Shown: positions 35,401 to 48,485, counted from the first letter of the whole stretch. The stretch is DNA of 59,018 nt, filler included, from Mustelus asterias (GCF_964213995.1; 2 parts of 2 records of this genome joined end to end with filler, not necessarily neighbours in it), one strand, 5' to 3'. Numbers and translations are program-made. The notes: generated by a model not told the origin, from the sequence alone.

Positions 35401-36772
35401 AACCCCGCCCCCAGACACTAAACCCCGCCCCCAGACACTAAACCCCGCCCCCAGGCACTGAGTGCCTCCACCAGACACTAAACCCCGCCCCCAGACACTG
35501 AACCCCGCCCCCAGACACTAAACCCCGCCCCCAGACACTAAACCCCGCCCCCAGACACTGAACCCCGCCCCCAGGCACCTAACCCTGCCCCCAGGCACGG
35601 AGCGCCGCCCCCAGGCACTGAGTGCCTCCACCAGACACTAAACCCCGCCCCCAGACACTAAACCCCGCCCCCAGACACTAAACCCCGCCCCCAGGCACTG
35701 AGTGCCTCCACCAGACACTAAACCCCGCCCCCAGACACTGAACCCCGCCCCCAGACACTAAACCCCGCCCCCAGACACTAAACCCCGCCCCCAGACACTG
35801 AACCCCGCCCCCAGGCACCTAACCCTGCCCCCAGGCACTGAACCCCGCCCCCAGACACTAAACCCCGCCCCCAGACACTAAACCCCGCCCCCAGACACTG
35901 AACCCCGCCCCCAGACACTGAACCCCGCCCCCAGACACTAAACCCCGCCCCCAGACACTGAACCCCGCCCCCAGGCACTGAACCCCGCCCCCAGACACTA
36001 AACCCCGCCCCCAGACACTAAACCCCGCCCCCAGACACTGAACCCCGCCCCCAGACACTGAACCCCGCCCCCAGACACTAAACCCCGCCCCCAGACACTA
36101 AACCCCGCCCCCAGACACTGAACCCCGCCCCCAGGCACCTAACCCTGCCCCCAGGCACTGAACCCCGCCCCCAGACACTAAACCCCGCCCCCAGACACTA
36201 AACCCCGCCCCCAGACACTGAACCCCGCCCCCAGGCACCTAACCCTGCCCCCAGGCACTGAGTACCTCCCCCAGCCAGTAAACCCCGCCCCCAGGCTCTG
36301 AGCCAAGCCCCCAGACACTAAACCCCGCCCCTGTCACTGAGCCCCGCCCCCAGGCACAAAGCACCGCCCCCAGACACTAAACCCCGCCCCCGGGCAATGG
36401 ACCCCGCCTCTGGGCAGTGAGCCCCGCCCCCAGACTCTAAACCCCACCCCCAGGCCCTGAGCCCGCCCCTCCCCATGACTCTAAACCCTGCCCCCAAACT
36501 CTGAGTCCCACCCCCTGGCACGAAACCCCACCCCAGACTCTAAACCCCTCCCCCAGACTCTAAACCCCTCCCCCAGACTCTAAACCCCTCCCCTAGACTC
36601 TAAGCCCCACCCCCAGACTCTAAACCCCTCCCCCAGACTCTAAACCCCTCCCCTAGACTCTAAACCCCTCCCCTAGACTCTAAACCCCTCCCCCAGACTC
36701 TAAACCCCTCCCCTAGACTCTAAGCCCCACCCCCAGACTCTAAGCCCCGCCCCCAGTCTCTAAGCCCCGCCC
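32427..36772. repeat. 20-bp GC-box minisatellite (aaccccgcccccagrcacty), about 215 units
   Basis: Strict 20-bp periodicity with unit variants; 840-bp higher-order duplication (identical ORFs at 33115-33315 and 33955-34155). Confidence 0.97.
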
Positions 36773-36924
36773 CACTCTCCCTCGATGCTACGAGCCGTCA
36801 AGAAGCTCTGCTGTTTCCATTTCCACGTACCCCAGACGCTAACCACGCGTGCGAGCAAGAGCGAGACGGTGCGTCTGCGCGTCTGTGCATGAACATTCCC
36901 GATCCGTTCAGCTCCAGTCACAAT

Positions 36925-37274
36925 TAAAAACACCTTTTTAAAATTTATTGACTTAAAAAAATAACAATATCACACACCCGCGTTCATTCATTTGGCCGCC
37001 GAGTTTGTGAACCTGGGGGGGGCAGGCGGACCGCGGACGGGTCCCGCGGGAATTGGACGATGCATCTTCCCCCAACGCAGCCCGGGTCCGGCAGGACGTC
37101 CTGTCCCGTCCATCCCGTCCTGTCCCATCCCGTCCTGTCCCATCCCGTCCCGACCTCCTCAGGGCTTCCAGAGTCGGCTCAGAAATCTGCGATGCCTGCT
37201 GCAGTTGAATTGCGGGCTTTCGGAGATGGTTTGGTGGGTGGATTTTGACGGGGGGAGGGGGTTGGCGGAGGTCA
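36925..37274 (-). other. TAPBPL: Probable terminal exon of TAPBPL (3'UTR or alternative cytoplasmic tail)
   Basis: Long pyrimidine tract + cgcAG acceptor (37276-75), phase-1 frame open to TGA at 37161-59, AATAAA on the minus strand at 36949-44. Confidence 0.55.
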
Positions 37275-37706
37275 CTGCGGTGGGGCGGGGGGGGGTAGGG
37301 TGAGGAGAGAGGGAGAGAGAGAGAGAGAGAGGAGGCGAGCTCCCGTTCTCTCCGGGAGCTGTAACCTGGTCAATTCCATCAACTTGATAGTTTTTTTGTG
37401 TATTCATTTGTGGGACACGGGTGTCGCTGGCTGGCCTGGCATTTAATGCCCCATCCCTAGTTGTAGACATCCCTTGGAGGGCAGTTGAGAGTCAACCACA
37501 TTGCACACTCGCACTCTGCAGCAATGAGCTCTTCTGTTGGGTTTTCTCTATTCATTGCTGTAGCTCTGGAGTCACGTGTAGGCCAGACCAAGGTAAGGAC
37601 AGCAGATTTCCTTCCTGTTAGCTAGCCAGATGGTTCGAAAGATGTGCAGGTTAGGTCATGCTAAATTGCCCCTCAGTGTCCAAAGATGTGCGGGTTAGGT
37701 GGATTA

Positions 37707-38457
37707 GAACAAAGAAAATTACAGCACAGGAACAGGGCCTTCAGCCCTCCAAGCCCGCACCGACCATCCTGCCCGACTGAACTAAAACCCCCTACCCTTC
37801 CGGGTACCATATCCCTCTATTCCCATCCTATTCATATTCCTTGTCAAGACGCCCCTTAAAAGTCACTCGCATACCCGCTTCCACTACCTCCCCCGGCAGC
37901 AAGTTCCAAGCGCCCACTACTCACTGTGTAAAATAATCTGCCTCGTACATCTCCTTTAAACCTTGCCCCTCGCACCTTAAACCTGTGCCCCCTGATAATT
38001 GACTCTTCCACCCTGGGGGAAAAAGCTTCTGACTATCCACTCTGTCCATGCCTCTCATAATCTTGTAGACTTCTATCTGGTCGCCCCCTCAACCTCCATC
38101 GCTCCAGTGAGAACAAACCAAGTTTCTCCAACCTCTCCTCATAGCTAATGCCCTCCATACCAGGCAACATCCTGGTAAATCTTTTCTGTACCCTCTCCAA
38201 AGCCTCCACATCCTTCTGGTAGTGTGGTGACCAGAATTGAACACTATATTCCAAGTGCGGCCTAACTAAGGTTCTATAAAGCTGCAACATGACTTGCCAA
38301 TTTCTAAACTCAATGCCCCGGCCGATGAAGGCAAGCGTGCCATATGCCTTCTTGACTACCGTCTCCACCTGCATTGCCACTTTCAGTGACCTGTGTACCT
38401 GTACACCCAGATCCCTCTGCCTATCAATACTCTTAGGGGTTCTGCCATTTACTGTAT
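37707..38457 (-). mobile_element. CR1 3' fragment inserted within a plus-strand SINE (about 37635-38610)
   Basis: [20 protein letters not shown]; SINE ggttaggtggatt...gattggtcatactaaattg continues on both sides. Confidence 0.85.
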
Positions 38458-38635
38458 ATCTGATTGGTCATACTAAATTGCTCCTTAGTGTCCTGGGATG
38501 CACAGATTAGAGGGAGTAGCGGGGTAAATATGTGGGGTTACGGGGATAGGGCCTGGGTGGGATTGTGGTTGGTGCAGACTCGATGGGCCAAATCCCACAG
38601 TTGGGATTCTATGGTCTCTCTCTCTGTCTCTCTCG

Positions 38636-40027
38636 CTAGAGGATTAGAGGGAGGGTCTTCGATGGAGAGTTAGGGGATTAGAGGGAGGGTCTTCGATGGA
38701 GAGTTAGGGGATTAGAGGGAGGGTCTTCGATGGGAGAGTTAGAGGATTAGAGGGATGGTGTTCGATGGGAGAGTTAGAGGATTAGAGGGATGGTCTTAGA
38801 TGGGGGAGTTAGGGATTAGAGAGTTGGTCTTCGATGGGATAGTTAGGGGATTAGAGAGTTGGTCTTCGATGGGAGAGTTAGGGGATTAGAGGGAGGGTCT
38901 TCAATGGAGAGTTAGGGGATTAGAGGGAGGGTCTTCGATGGAGAGTTAGGGGATTAGAGGGATGGTCTTCGATGGGGGAGTTAGGGGATTAGAGGGATGG
39001 TCTTCAATGGAGAGTTAGGGGATTAGAGGGAGGGTCTTCGATGGAGAGTTAGGGGATTAGAGGGAGGGTCTTCGATGGGAGAGTTAGGGGATTAGAGGGA
39101 TGGTCTTCGATGGGGAGTTAGGGGATTAGAGGGAGGGTCTTCGATGGGAGAGCTAGGGGATTAGAGGGAGGGTCTTCGATGGGAGAGTTAGGGGATTAGA
39201 GGGAGAGTCTTCGATGGGAGAGTTAGAGGATTAGAGGGAGGGTCTTCGATGGGGAGTTAGGGGATTAGAGGGAGGGTCTTCGATGGGAGAGTTAGGGGAT
39301 TAGAGGGAGGGTCTTCGATGGGAGAGTTAGGGGATTAGAGGGAGAGTCTTCGATGGGAGAGTTAGAGGATTAGAGGGAGGGTCTTCGATGGGAGAGTTAG
39401 GGGATTAGAGGGAGAGTCTTCGATGGGAGAGTTAGAGGATTAGAGGGAGGGTCTTCGATGGGAGAGTTAGGGGATTAGAGGGAGGGTCTTCGATGGGAGA
39501 GTTAGGGGATTAGAGGGAGAGTCTTCGATGGGAGAGTTAGAGGATTAGAGGGAGGGTCTTCGATGGGAGAGTTAGGGGATTAGAGGGAGGGTCTTCGATG
39601 GGAGAGTTAGGGGATTAGAGGGATGGTCTTCGATGGGGAGTTAGGGGATTAGAGGGAGGGTCTTCGATGGGGAGTTAGGGGATTAGAGGGATGGTCTTCG
39701 ATGGGAGAGTTAGGGGATTAGAGGGAGGGTCTTCGATGGGGAGTTAGGGGATTAGAGGGAGGGTCTTCGATGGGAGAGTTAGGGGATTAGAGGGATGGTC
39801 TTCGATGGGGAGTTAGGGGATTAGAGGGAGGGTCTTCGATGGGAGAGTTAGGGGATTAGAGGGAGAGTCTTCGATGGGAGAGTTAGGGGATTAGAGGGAT
39901 GGTCTTTGATGGAGAGTTAGAGGATTAGAGGGAGGGTCTTCGATGGAGTGTTAGGGGATTAGAGGGAGGGTCTTCGATGGAGAGTTAGAGGATTAGACGG
40001 ATGGTCTTCGATGGGTGAGTTAGGGGA
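38636..40027. repeat. About 35-bp minisatellite (gggattagagggagggtcttcgatgggagagttag)
   Basis: About 40 tandem units. Confidence 0.95.
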
Positions 40028-40256
40028 TCCATCAAGCCCAGGTCTCTTTATCTGACACCTGCACCTCACGAGAGAAGCTAGAGCACACCGGACGTGTTGG
40101 GGGAAGGAGGGATAGGTTCAGATGGGCTGGGGAGCCATGGGGCAGAGGTGGGAGGCAGCATTAACTCGAGGGGCGGGCTTCCAGGCCTGGTGGCGGCCAT
40201 TTTGTCCGCCAACTCCATCTCTCGGTAGACAGGGAGGGGAATGACTCACAATCTCC

Positions 40257-40279
40257 CTATCCTGTCCCGTCCTTCGGCC
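40257..40279 (-). CDS. TAPBPL: TAPBPR exon 7 (cytoplasmic tail GPKDGTG*)
   Basis: Acceptor ctcttcccgcAG|GG at 40281-80; TAG 40259-57; donor GTGAGT at 40249. Confidence 0.7.
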
Positions 40280-40380
40280 CTGCGGGAAGAGAGAGAAGAG
40301 GAATGGGTTACATTTGGAGGCCTCCATCTTTAGCCCCTCGAGGTCAGGATGGGCAAGGGGTAATTCGGGAGATGTCTTAC

Positions 40381-40485
40381 CTGGGGGTTTAGAACTGCGC
40401 CGAAAGAAATGTATAAGGGCGAGGACGAATAGGATCGAGGAGATCACAATACCGGACTTTGCAAACAGAACACCCTCTTCCGGAC
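40381..40485 (-). CDS. TAPBPL: TAPBPR exon 6 (transmembrane)
   Basis: cttgcAG|GT ... CCAG|GTAAGA; 105 nt; GPEEGVLFAKSGIVISSILFVLALIHFFRRSSKPP. Confidence 0.88.
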
Positions 40486-40609
40486 CTGCAAGGGGTTATG
40501 GGAAGGAGGTAAGAGATTAGTGAAGGGGCAGTGGGAAAATGGTGTTTTTTTAAATAGCCCCTCTCTCGCACACCCATTCCCCACAATTGTCCCGAGGCGA
40601 GGGATCTCA

Positions 40610-42678
40610 ACACTCTGCCCCCCCCACCTCCTCCCAGTTGCACAATACATAAGGCAGCCTGTAACCTGATCGGAAAGAGGGAGGGGGGGATTAATCCTCT
40701 CACCCACCTCCTCCCAGTTATACACAAACACCAGGCAGCCCGTAACCTGATCGGAGGGATGGGGAATTAACCCTCTCACTGAACTCCTCCCAGTTACACA
40801 CACATAGGGCAGCCCGTAACCTGATTGGAGGGAAGGAGAGGGGGGATTAACCCTCCCACCACCTCCTCCCAGTTGCGCACACATACCGGGAAGCCCCTAT
40901 CCCGATCGGAGGGAGGGGGGATTAACCCTCGCAATCACCTCCTCCCCGTTACATACATATACACATACAGGGCAGCCCGTAACCCGATCGGAGAGAGGGA
41001 GGGGGTTAACCCTCTCACCCTCCTACTCCCAGTTACACACACATAGAGGGCAGCTCGTATCCCGATCGGAGGGGAGATTAATCCTTTCACTCACTTCACT
41101 CAGTTTTACACACACACACACACACACACAGGGAAGCCCATGTCCCAATTGGAGGGAGGGGGGGATTAACCCTCGCAATCACCTCCTCCCAGTTACATAC
41201 ATACACATACAGGGCAGACCGTATCCCGATCGGAGGGAGGGGAGATTAACCCTCTCATTCACCTCCTCCCAGTTACATACATACACATACAGGGCAGCCC
41301 ATATCCCGATCGGAGGGAGGGGAGATTAACCCTCTCATTCACCTCCTCCCAGTTACATACATACACATACAGGGCAGCCCGTATCCTGATCGGAGGGAGG
41401 GGAGATTAACCCTCTCATTCACCTCCTCCCAGTTACTTACATACAAATACAGGGCAGACCGTATCCCGATCGGAGGGAGGGGAGATTAACCCTCTCATTC
41501 ACCACCTCCCAGTTACATACATACAAATACAGGGCAGACCGTATCCCGATCGGAGGGAGGGGAGATTAACCCTCTCATTCACCTCCTCCCAGTTACATAC
41601 ATACACATACAGGGCAGCCCGTATCCCGATCGGAGGGAGGGGAGATTAACCCTCTCATTCACCTCCTCCCAGTTACATACATACACAGACAGGGCAGCCC
41701 GTATACCGATCGGAGGGAGGGGAGATTAACCCTCTCATTCACCTCCTCCCAGTTACATACATACAAATACAGGGCAGACCGTATCCCGATCGGAGGGAGG
41801 GGAGATTAACCCTCTCATTCACCTCCTCCCAGTTACATACATACACATACAGGGCAGCCTGTATCCCGATCGGAGGGAGGGGAGATTAACCCTCTCATTC
41901 ACCTCCTCCCAGTTACATACATACACATACAGGGCAGCCCGTATCCCGATCGGAGGGAGGGGAGATTAACCCTCTCATTCACCTCCTCCCAGTTACATAC
42001 ATACACATACAGGGCAGCCCGTATCCCGATCGGAGGGAGGGGAGATTAACCCTCTCATTCACCTCCTCCCAGTTACATACATACAAATACAGGGCAGACC
42101 GTATCCCGATCGGAGGGAGGGGAGATTAACCCTCTCATTCACCTCCTCCCAGTTACATACATACACATACAGTGCAGCCCGTATCCCGATCGGAGGAAGG
42201 GGAGATTAACCCTCTCATTCACCTCCTCCCAGTTACATACATACAAATACAGGGCAGACCGTATCCCGATCGGAGGGAGGGGAGATTAACCCTCTCATTC
42301 ACCTCCTCCCAGTTACATACATACAAATACAGGGCAGCCTGTATCCCGATCGGAGGGAGGGGAGATTAACCCTCTCATTCACCTCCTCCCAGTTACATAC
42401 ATACATACAGGGCAGCCTGTATCCCGATCGGAGGGAGGGGAGATTAACCCTCTCATTCACCTCCTCCCAGTTACATACATACAAATACAGGGCAGCCCGT
42501 ATCCCGATCGGAGGCAGGGGAGATTAACCCTCTCATTCACCTCCTCCCAGTTACATACATACAAATACAGGGCAGCCTGTATCCCGATCGGAGGCAGGGG
42601 AGATTAACCCTCTCATTCACCTCCTCCCAGTTACATACATACACATACAGGGCAGCCCGTATCCCGATCGGAGGGAGG
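40610..42678. repeat. 80-bp minisatellite filling TAPBPL intron 5
   Basis: ggagattaaccctctcattcacctcctcccagttacatacatacacatacagggcagcccgtatcccgatcggagggagg; degenerate units toward the left. Confidence 0.95.
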
Positions 42679-42694
42679 AGGGATTCAAGAGTAC

Positions 42695-43024
42695 CTGTTG
42701 GGGTTTGAAGCTGTATGGATACATGGGCAGGCTCCCCCAGGGTGACGTGGGTCACCTCACAGGTGTACACCGCCCCCACGTCCTGGGCACCGGGCGCGAT
42801 GAAGACGTGCGAGGAAATGTTGTAAGTTCCATCCTTGTTTCGGCGATGGCTGGAGAACGAGACGCCAGTGAGGGGCTGGGAGTCCAGGTCCTCCCCCTCA
42901 CTCTGTACAGACCACTTCACTGTCACGTCCAGGGGATAGTATCGGGAAATCACGCAGGTCAGGCTCTCTCTCAGCCCCTCATGGAAATACAACACGGAGG
43001 GAGACAAGAAAACGTGAGGAGGTT
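42695..43024 (-). CDS. TAPBPL: TAPBPR exon 5 (IgC1 domain)
   Basis: ttttcAG|AA ... ACAG|GTACTC; 330 nt; LTCVISRYYPLDVTVKW...SFSSHRRNKDGTYNISS...YTCEVTHVTLGEP. Confidence 0.93.
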
Positions 43025-43046
43025 CTGAAAATGAATGGACACTGTG

Positions 43047-44983
43047 ACGGGGATATCTGCTCACTGACTGGTGTCTCTCAGTCCCCCCCGCTCTCTCTTT
43101 CTCTCTCTCAGGGAGATATCTGTACACCGTCTGGTGTCTATCAGTCCCTCTCTCTCTCTCAGTGAGATATCTGTACACTGACTGGTGTCTCTCAGTCCCC
43201 TCTCTCTCTCTCAGGGAGATATCTGTACACTGACTGGTGTCTCTCAGTCCCCCCTCTCTCTCAGGGAGATATCTGTACACTGACTGGTGTCTCTCAGTCC
43301 CCTCTCTCTCTCTCTCAGGGAGATATCTGTACACTGACTGGTGTCTCTCAGTCCCCCCTCTCTCTCAGGGAGATATCTGTACACTGACTGGTGTCTCTCA
43401 GTCCCCTCTCTCTCTCTCTCAGGGAGATATCTGTACACTGACTGGTGTCTCTCAGTCCTCTCTCTCTCTCTCTCAGGGAGATATCTGTACACTGACTGGT
43501 GTCTCTCAGTCCCCTCTCTCTCTCTCTCTCAGGGAGATATCTGTACACTGACTGGTGTCTCTCAGTCCCCCCTCTCTCTCAGGGAGATATCTGTACACTG
43601 ACTGGTGTCTCTCAGTCCTCTCTCTCTCTCTCAGGGAGATATCTGTACACTGACTGGTGTCTCTCAGTCCCCCCTCTCTCTCAGGGAGATATCTGTACAC
43701 CGTCTGGTGTCTCTCAGTCCCCCCTCTCTCTCAGGGAGATATCTGTACACTGACTGGTGTCTCTCAGTCCCCTCTCTCTCTCTCAGGGAGATATCTGTAC
43801 ACCGTCTGGTGTCTCTCAGTCCCCTCTCTCTCTCTCAGGGAGATATCTGTACACTGACTGGTGTCTCTCAGTCCCCTCTCTCTCTCTCTCAGGGAGATAT
43901 CTGTACACTGACTGGTGTCTCTCAGTCCTCTCTCTCTCTCTCTCAGGGAGATATCTGTACACTGACTGGTGTCTCTCAGTCCCCTCTCTCTCTCTCTCTC
44001 AGGGAGATATCTGTACACTGACTGGTGTCTCTCAGTCCCCCCTCTCTCTCAGGGAGATATCTGTACACTGACTGGTGTCTCTCAGTCCCCTCTCTCTCTC
44101 TCTCAGGGAGATATCTGTACACTGACTGGTGTCTCTCAGTCCCCTCTCTCTCTCTCTCAGGGAGATATCTGTACACTGACTGGTGTCTCTCAGTCCTCTC
44201 TCTCTCTCTCAGGGAGATATCTGTACACTGACTGGTGTCTCTCAGTCCTCCCTCTCTCTCTCAGGGAGATATCTGTTCACCGACTGGTGTCTCTTAGTCC
44301 TCTCTCTCTCTCAGGGAGATATCTGTACACTGACTGGTGTCTCTCAGTCCCTCTCTCTCTCTCAGGGAGATATCTGTACACTGACTGGTGTCTCTCAGTC
44401 CCCCCTCTCTCTCAGGGAGATATCTGTACACAGACTGGTGTCTCTCAGTCCCCTGTCTCTCTCTCAGGGAGATATCTGTACACTGACTGGTGTCTCTCAG
44501 TCCCCTGTCTCTCTCTCAGGGAGATATCTGTACACTGATTGGTGTCTCTCAGTCCCCTCTCTCTCTCAGTGAGATATCTGTACACTGACTGGTGTCTCTC
44601 AGTCCCCTCTCTCTCTCAGGGAGATATCTGTACACTGACTGGTGTCTCTCAGTCCCTCTCTCTCTCTCAGGGAGATATCTGTACACTGACTGGTGTCTCT
44701 CAGTCCCCCCTCTCTCTCAGGGAGATATCTGTACACAGACTGGTGTCTCTCAGTCCCCTGTCTCTCTCTCAGGGAGATATCTGTACACTGACTGGTGTCT
44801 CTCAGTCCCCTGTCTCTCTCTCAGGGAGATATCTGTACACTGATTGGTGTCTCTCAGTCCCCTCTCTCTCTCAGTGAGATATCTGTACACTGACTGGTGT
44901 CTCTCAGTCCCCTCTCTCTCTCAGGGAGATATCTGTACACTGACTGGTGTCTCTCAGTCCCCTGTCTCAGGGGGATATCTGTC
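43047..44983. repeat. About 50-56-bp minisatellite with variable (CT)n filling TAPBPL intron 4
   Basis: cagggagatatctgtacactgactggtgtctctcagtcccc(ct)n units. Confidence 0.95.
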
Positions 44984-44994
44984 CAGTGACCTAC

Positions 44995-45330
44995 CCATTA
45001 TCTCCAGTTGGACGGTGTGTTGTGCGTGACCTCTGGCTCCCTGAACGATACAGATGTACGTTCCTTCGTCTTGGATTGTGAGTTGGTGCAGAAGGAGGGA
45101 GACATTCCCCTGGCTGGCCACCATGTCCGCATCCATCGAGGTTCCCTCCCTCTCCGTCGCCCCCTTCCCCTCCACGAGGGTGAAGACCGTCCGCCCCGCG
45201 CCCTTGTACTGCAGACGCCATTCCACCGTTACCGTGGACGGTTCGCTACCCAGGAACCCGCAGTCCAGTAAGACGCTGCTACCCAGAGAGGTCTGGATCG
45301 AGGCCGTTCGAGTGTAGACAATAAACTGCA
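44995..45330 (-). CDS. TAPBPL: TAPBPR exon 4 (IgV domain)
   Basis: ccccacAG|TG ... ATGG|GTAGGT; 336 nt; LGSSVLLDCGF...VEWRLQYKGAG...LTIQDEGTYIC. Confidence 0.95.
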
Positions 45331-45351
45331 CTGTGGGGTGACAGAACAGGA

Positions 45352-48160
45352 TCAGTCCCAGTCCCAAACCCCTTCCCGTTCACTCCCAATCCCAGTCCCA
45401 AAACCCATCCCGTTCACTCCCAATCCCAGTCCCAAACCCCTTCCCGTTCACTCCCAATCCCAAACCCCTTCCCGTTCACTCCCAATCCCAAACCCCATCC
45501 CGTTCACTCCCAATCCCAATCCCAAACCCCATCCCGTTCACTCCCAATCCCAGTCCCCTTCCCGTTCACTCCCAATCCCAATCCCAAACCCCTTCCCGTT
45601 CACTCCCAATCCCAATCCCAAACCCCTTCCCGTTCACTCCCAATCCCAGTCCCCTTCCCGTTCACTCCCAATCCCAATCCCAAACCCCTTCCCGTTCACT
45701 CCCAATCCCAATCCCAAACCCCTTCCCATTCACTCCCAATCCCAATCCCAAACCCCATCCCGTTCACTCCCAATCCCAGTCCCAAACCCCATCCCGTTCA
45801 CTCCCAATCCCAATCCCAAACCCCTTCCCGTTCACTCCCAATCCCAGTCCTAAACCCCTTCCCGTTCACTCCCAATCCCAAACCCCATCCCGTTCACTCC
45901 CAATCCCAGTCCCAAACCCCATCCCGTTCACTCCCAATCCCAAACCCCTTCCCGTTCACTCCCAATCCCAGTCCCAAACCCCATCCCGTTCACTACCAAT
46001 CCCAATCCCAAACCCCATCCCGTTCACTCCCAATCCCAGTCCCAAACCCCTTCCCGTTCACTCCCAATCCCAGTCCCAAACCCCATCCCGTTCACTCCCA
46101 ATCACAATCCCAAACCCCATCCCGTTCACTCCCAGTCCCAGTCCCAAACCCCATCCCGTTCACTCCCAATCCCAGTCCCAAACCCCATCCCGTTCACTCC
46201 CAATCCCAATCCCAAACCCCATCCCGTTCACTCCCAATCCCAGTCCCAAACCCCTTCCCATTCACTCCCAATCCCAGTCCCAAACCCCATCCCGTTCACT
46301 CCCAATCCCAGTCCCAAACCCCATCCCGTTCACTCCCAATCCCAATCCCAAACCCCATCCCGTTCACTCCCAATCCCAATCCCTGTCCCCTTCCCGTTCA
46401 CTCCCAATCCCAATCCCAAACCCCATCCCGTTCACTCCCAATCTCAATCCCAAACCCCATCCCGTTCACTCCCAATCCCTATCCCGTTCACTCCCAATCC
46501 CAATCCCCTTCCCGTTCACTCCCAATCCCAATCCCAAACCCCATCCCGTTCACTCCCAATCCCAGTCCCAAACCCCATCCCGTTCACTCCCAATCCCAAA
46601 CCCCATCCATTTCACTCCCAACCCCAATCCCAAACCCCTTCCCATTCACCCCCAATCCCAGTCCCAAACCCCATCCCGTTCACTCCCAATCCCAGTCCCA
46701 AACCCCATCCCGTTCACTCCCAATCCCAGTCCCAAACCCCATCCCGTTCACTCCCAATCCCAAACCCCATCCCGTTCACTCCCAATCCCAAACCCCTTCC
46801 CGTTCACTCCCAATCCCAAACCCCATCCATTTCACTCCCAACCCCAATCCCAAACCCCATCCCGTTCACTCCCAATCCCAATCCCCTTCCCGTTCACTCC
46901 CAATCCCAATCCCAAACGCCTTCCCGTTCACTCCCACTGTACACAATCCCAATCCCCTTCCTGTTCACTCCCACTCTACACAATCCCAATCTCAAACCCC
47001 TTCCGATTCACTCCCACTCTACACAATCCCAATCTCAAACCCCTTCCGATTCACTCCCACTGTACACAATCCCAATCCCAAACCCCTTCCCATTCACTCC
47101 CAATCCCAATCCCCTTCCCGTTCACTCCCACTCTACACAATCCCAATCCCAAACCCCTTCCCGTTCACTCCCACAATCCCAATCCCAAACCCCTTCCCAT
47201 TCACTCCCACTCCCAATCCCAAACCCCTTCCCATTCACCCCCACTCTACACAATCCCAATCCCAAACCCCTTCCCGTTCACTCCCACAATCCCAATCCCA
47301 AACCCCTTCCTGTTTACACCCACTCAACACAATCCCAATCCCCTTCCTGTTTACACCCACTCTACACAATCCCAATTGCAGACCCCTTCCTGTTCACTCC
47401 CACTGTACACAATCCCAAACCCCTTCCCGTTCACTCCCACTGTACACAATCCCAATCCCCTTCCCACTCACTCCCAGTGTACACAATCCCAATCCCAAAC
47501 CCCTTCCCGTTTACACCCACTCCACACAATCCCAATCACAGACCCCTTCCCACTCACTCCCACTCTACACAATCCCAATGGACCCAAACCCCTTCCCATT
47601 CACTCCCACTGTGCACAATCCCAAACCCCTTCCCGTTTACACCCACTCAACACAATCCCAATCCCCTTCCTGTTCACACCCACTCTACACAATCCCAATT
47701 GCAGACCCCTCCCTGTTCACTCCCACTGTGCACAATCCCAAACCCCTTCCCGTTCACTCCCAGTGTACACAATCCCAATCCCAAACCCCTTCCCGTTTAC
47801 ACCCACTCTACACAATCCCAATCACAGACCCCTTCCCACTCACTCCCACTCTACACAATCCCAATGGACCCAAACCCCTTACCATTCACTCCCACTGTGC
47901 ACAATCCCAATCCCAAACCCCTTCCCGTTCACTCCCACTCAACACAATCCCAATCCCCTTCCCGTTCACTCCCACTCAACACAATCCCAAACTCCTTCCC
48001 GTTCACTCCCACTGTACACAATCCCAATCCCCTTCCTGTTCACTCCCACTCTACACAATCCCAATCCCAATCCCAACACCCTTCCCGTTCACTCCCACTG
48101 TACACAATCCCAATGGACGCCAATCCCCTTCCCATTCACTCCCACTGCACACATTCCCAA
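45352..48160. repeat. C-rich compound minisatellite filling TAPBPL intron 3
   Basis: cccaatcccaaaccccttcccgttcact units of 28-34 bp, grading into longer units with ctacacaat. Confidence 0.93.
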
Positions 48161-48182
48161 TGGGAAGCAAGGCGTTACGTAC

Positions 48183-48467
48183 GGGAGAGTGGGATGGTTC
48201 CTGTTGGACTCAGTTCCACGTTAAGCCTCTCGTTGAAACTCTGGACACGGCTCTCGTCCTGTTCGACTGGGATGGTTCTGAAGAGCATGGCCATTCCGAG
48301 TCCGCTTCCCGCAACACGTAGACCCCCAAGAAAGGCGACACTCGAAGACCCCTCATCCAGACCCGTCGCTGGGGCAGTCTCGAAACTGCTAATCTCACAG
48401 GTGACCTCTCGCCCTTCGCAATCCGCGTGGAGCAAAATCTCCCCATCTGGGATCGCGACCTCGGAAC
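48183..48467 (-). CDS. TAPBPL: TAPBPR exon 3 (N-terminal domain part 2)
   Basis: cctacAG|GT ... TCCC|GTACGT; 285 nt; IPDGEILLHADCEGREVTCEIS...LNVELSPTGTI, diagnostic of TAPBPR (human LLHADCSGKEVTCEIS). Confidence 0.93.
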
Positions 48468-48485
48468 CTGTAGGTAGAACAATCA

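Noticed and set aside
32374-36521. Many Gly-rich minus-strand ORFs
   Set aside because: Artefacts of the 20-bp repeat, present in all frames
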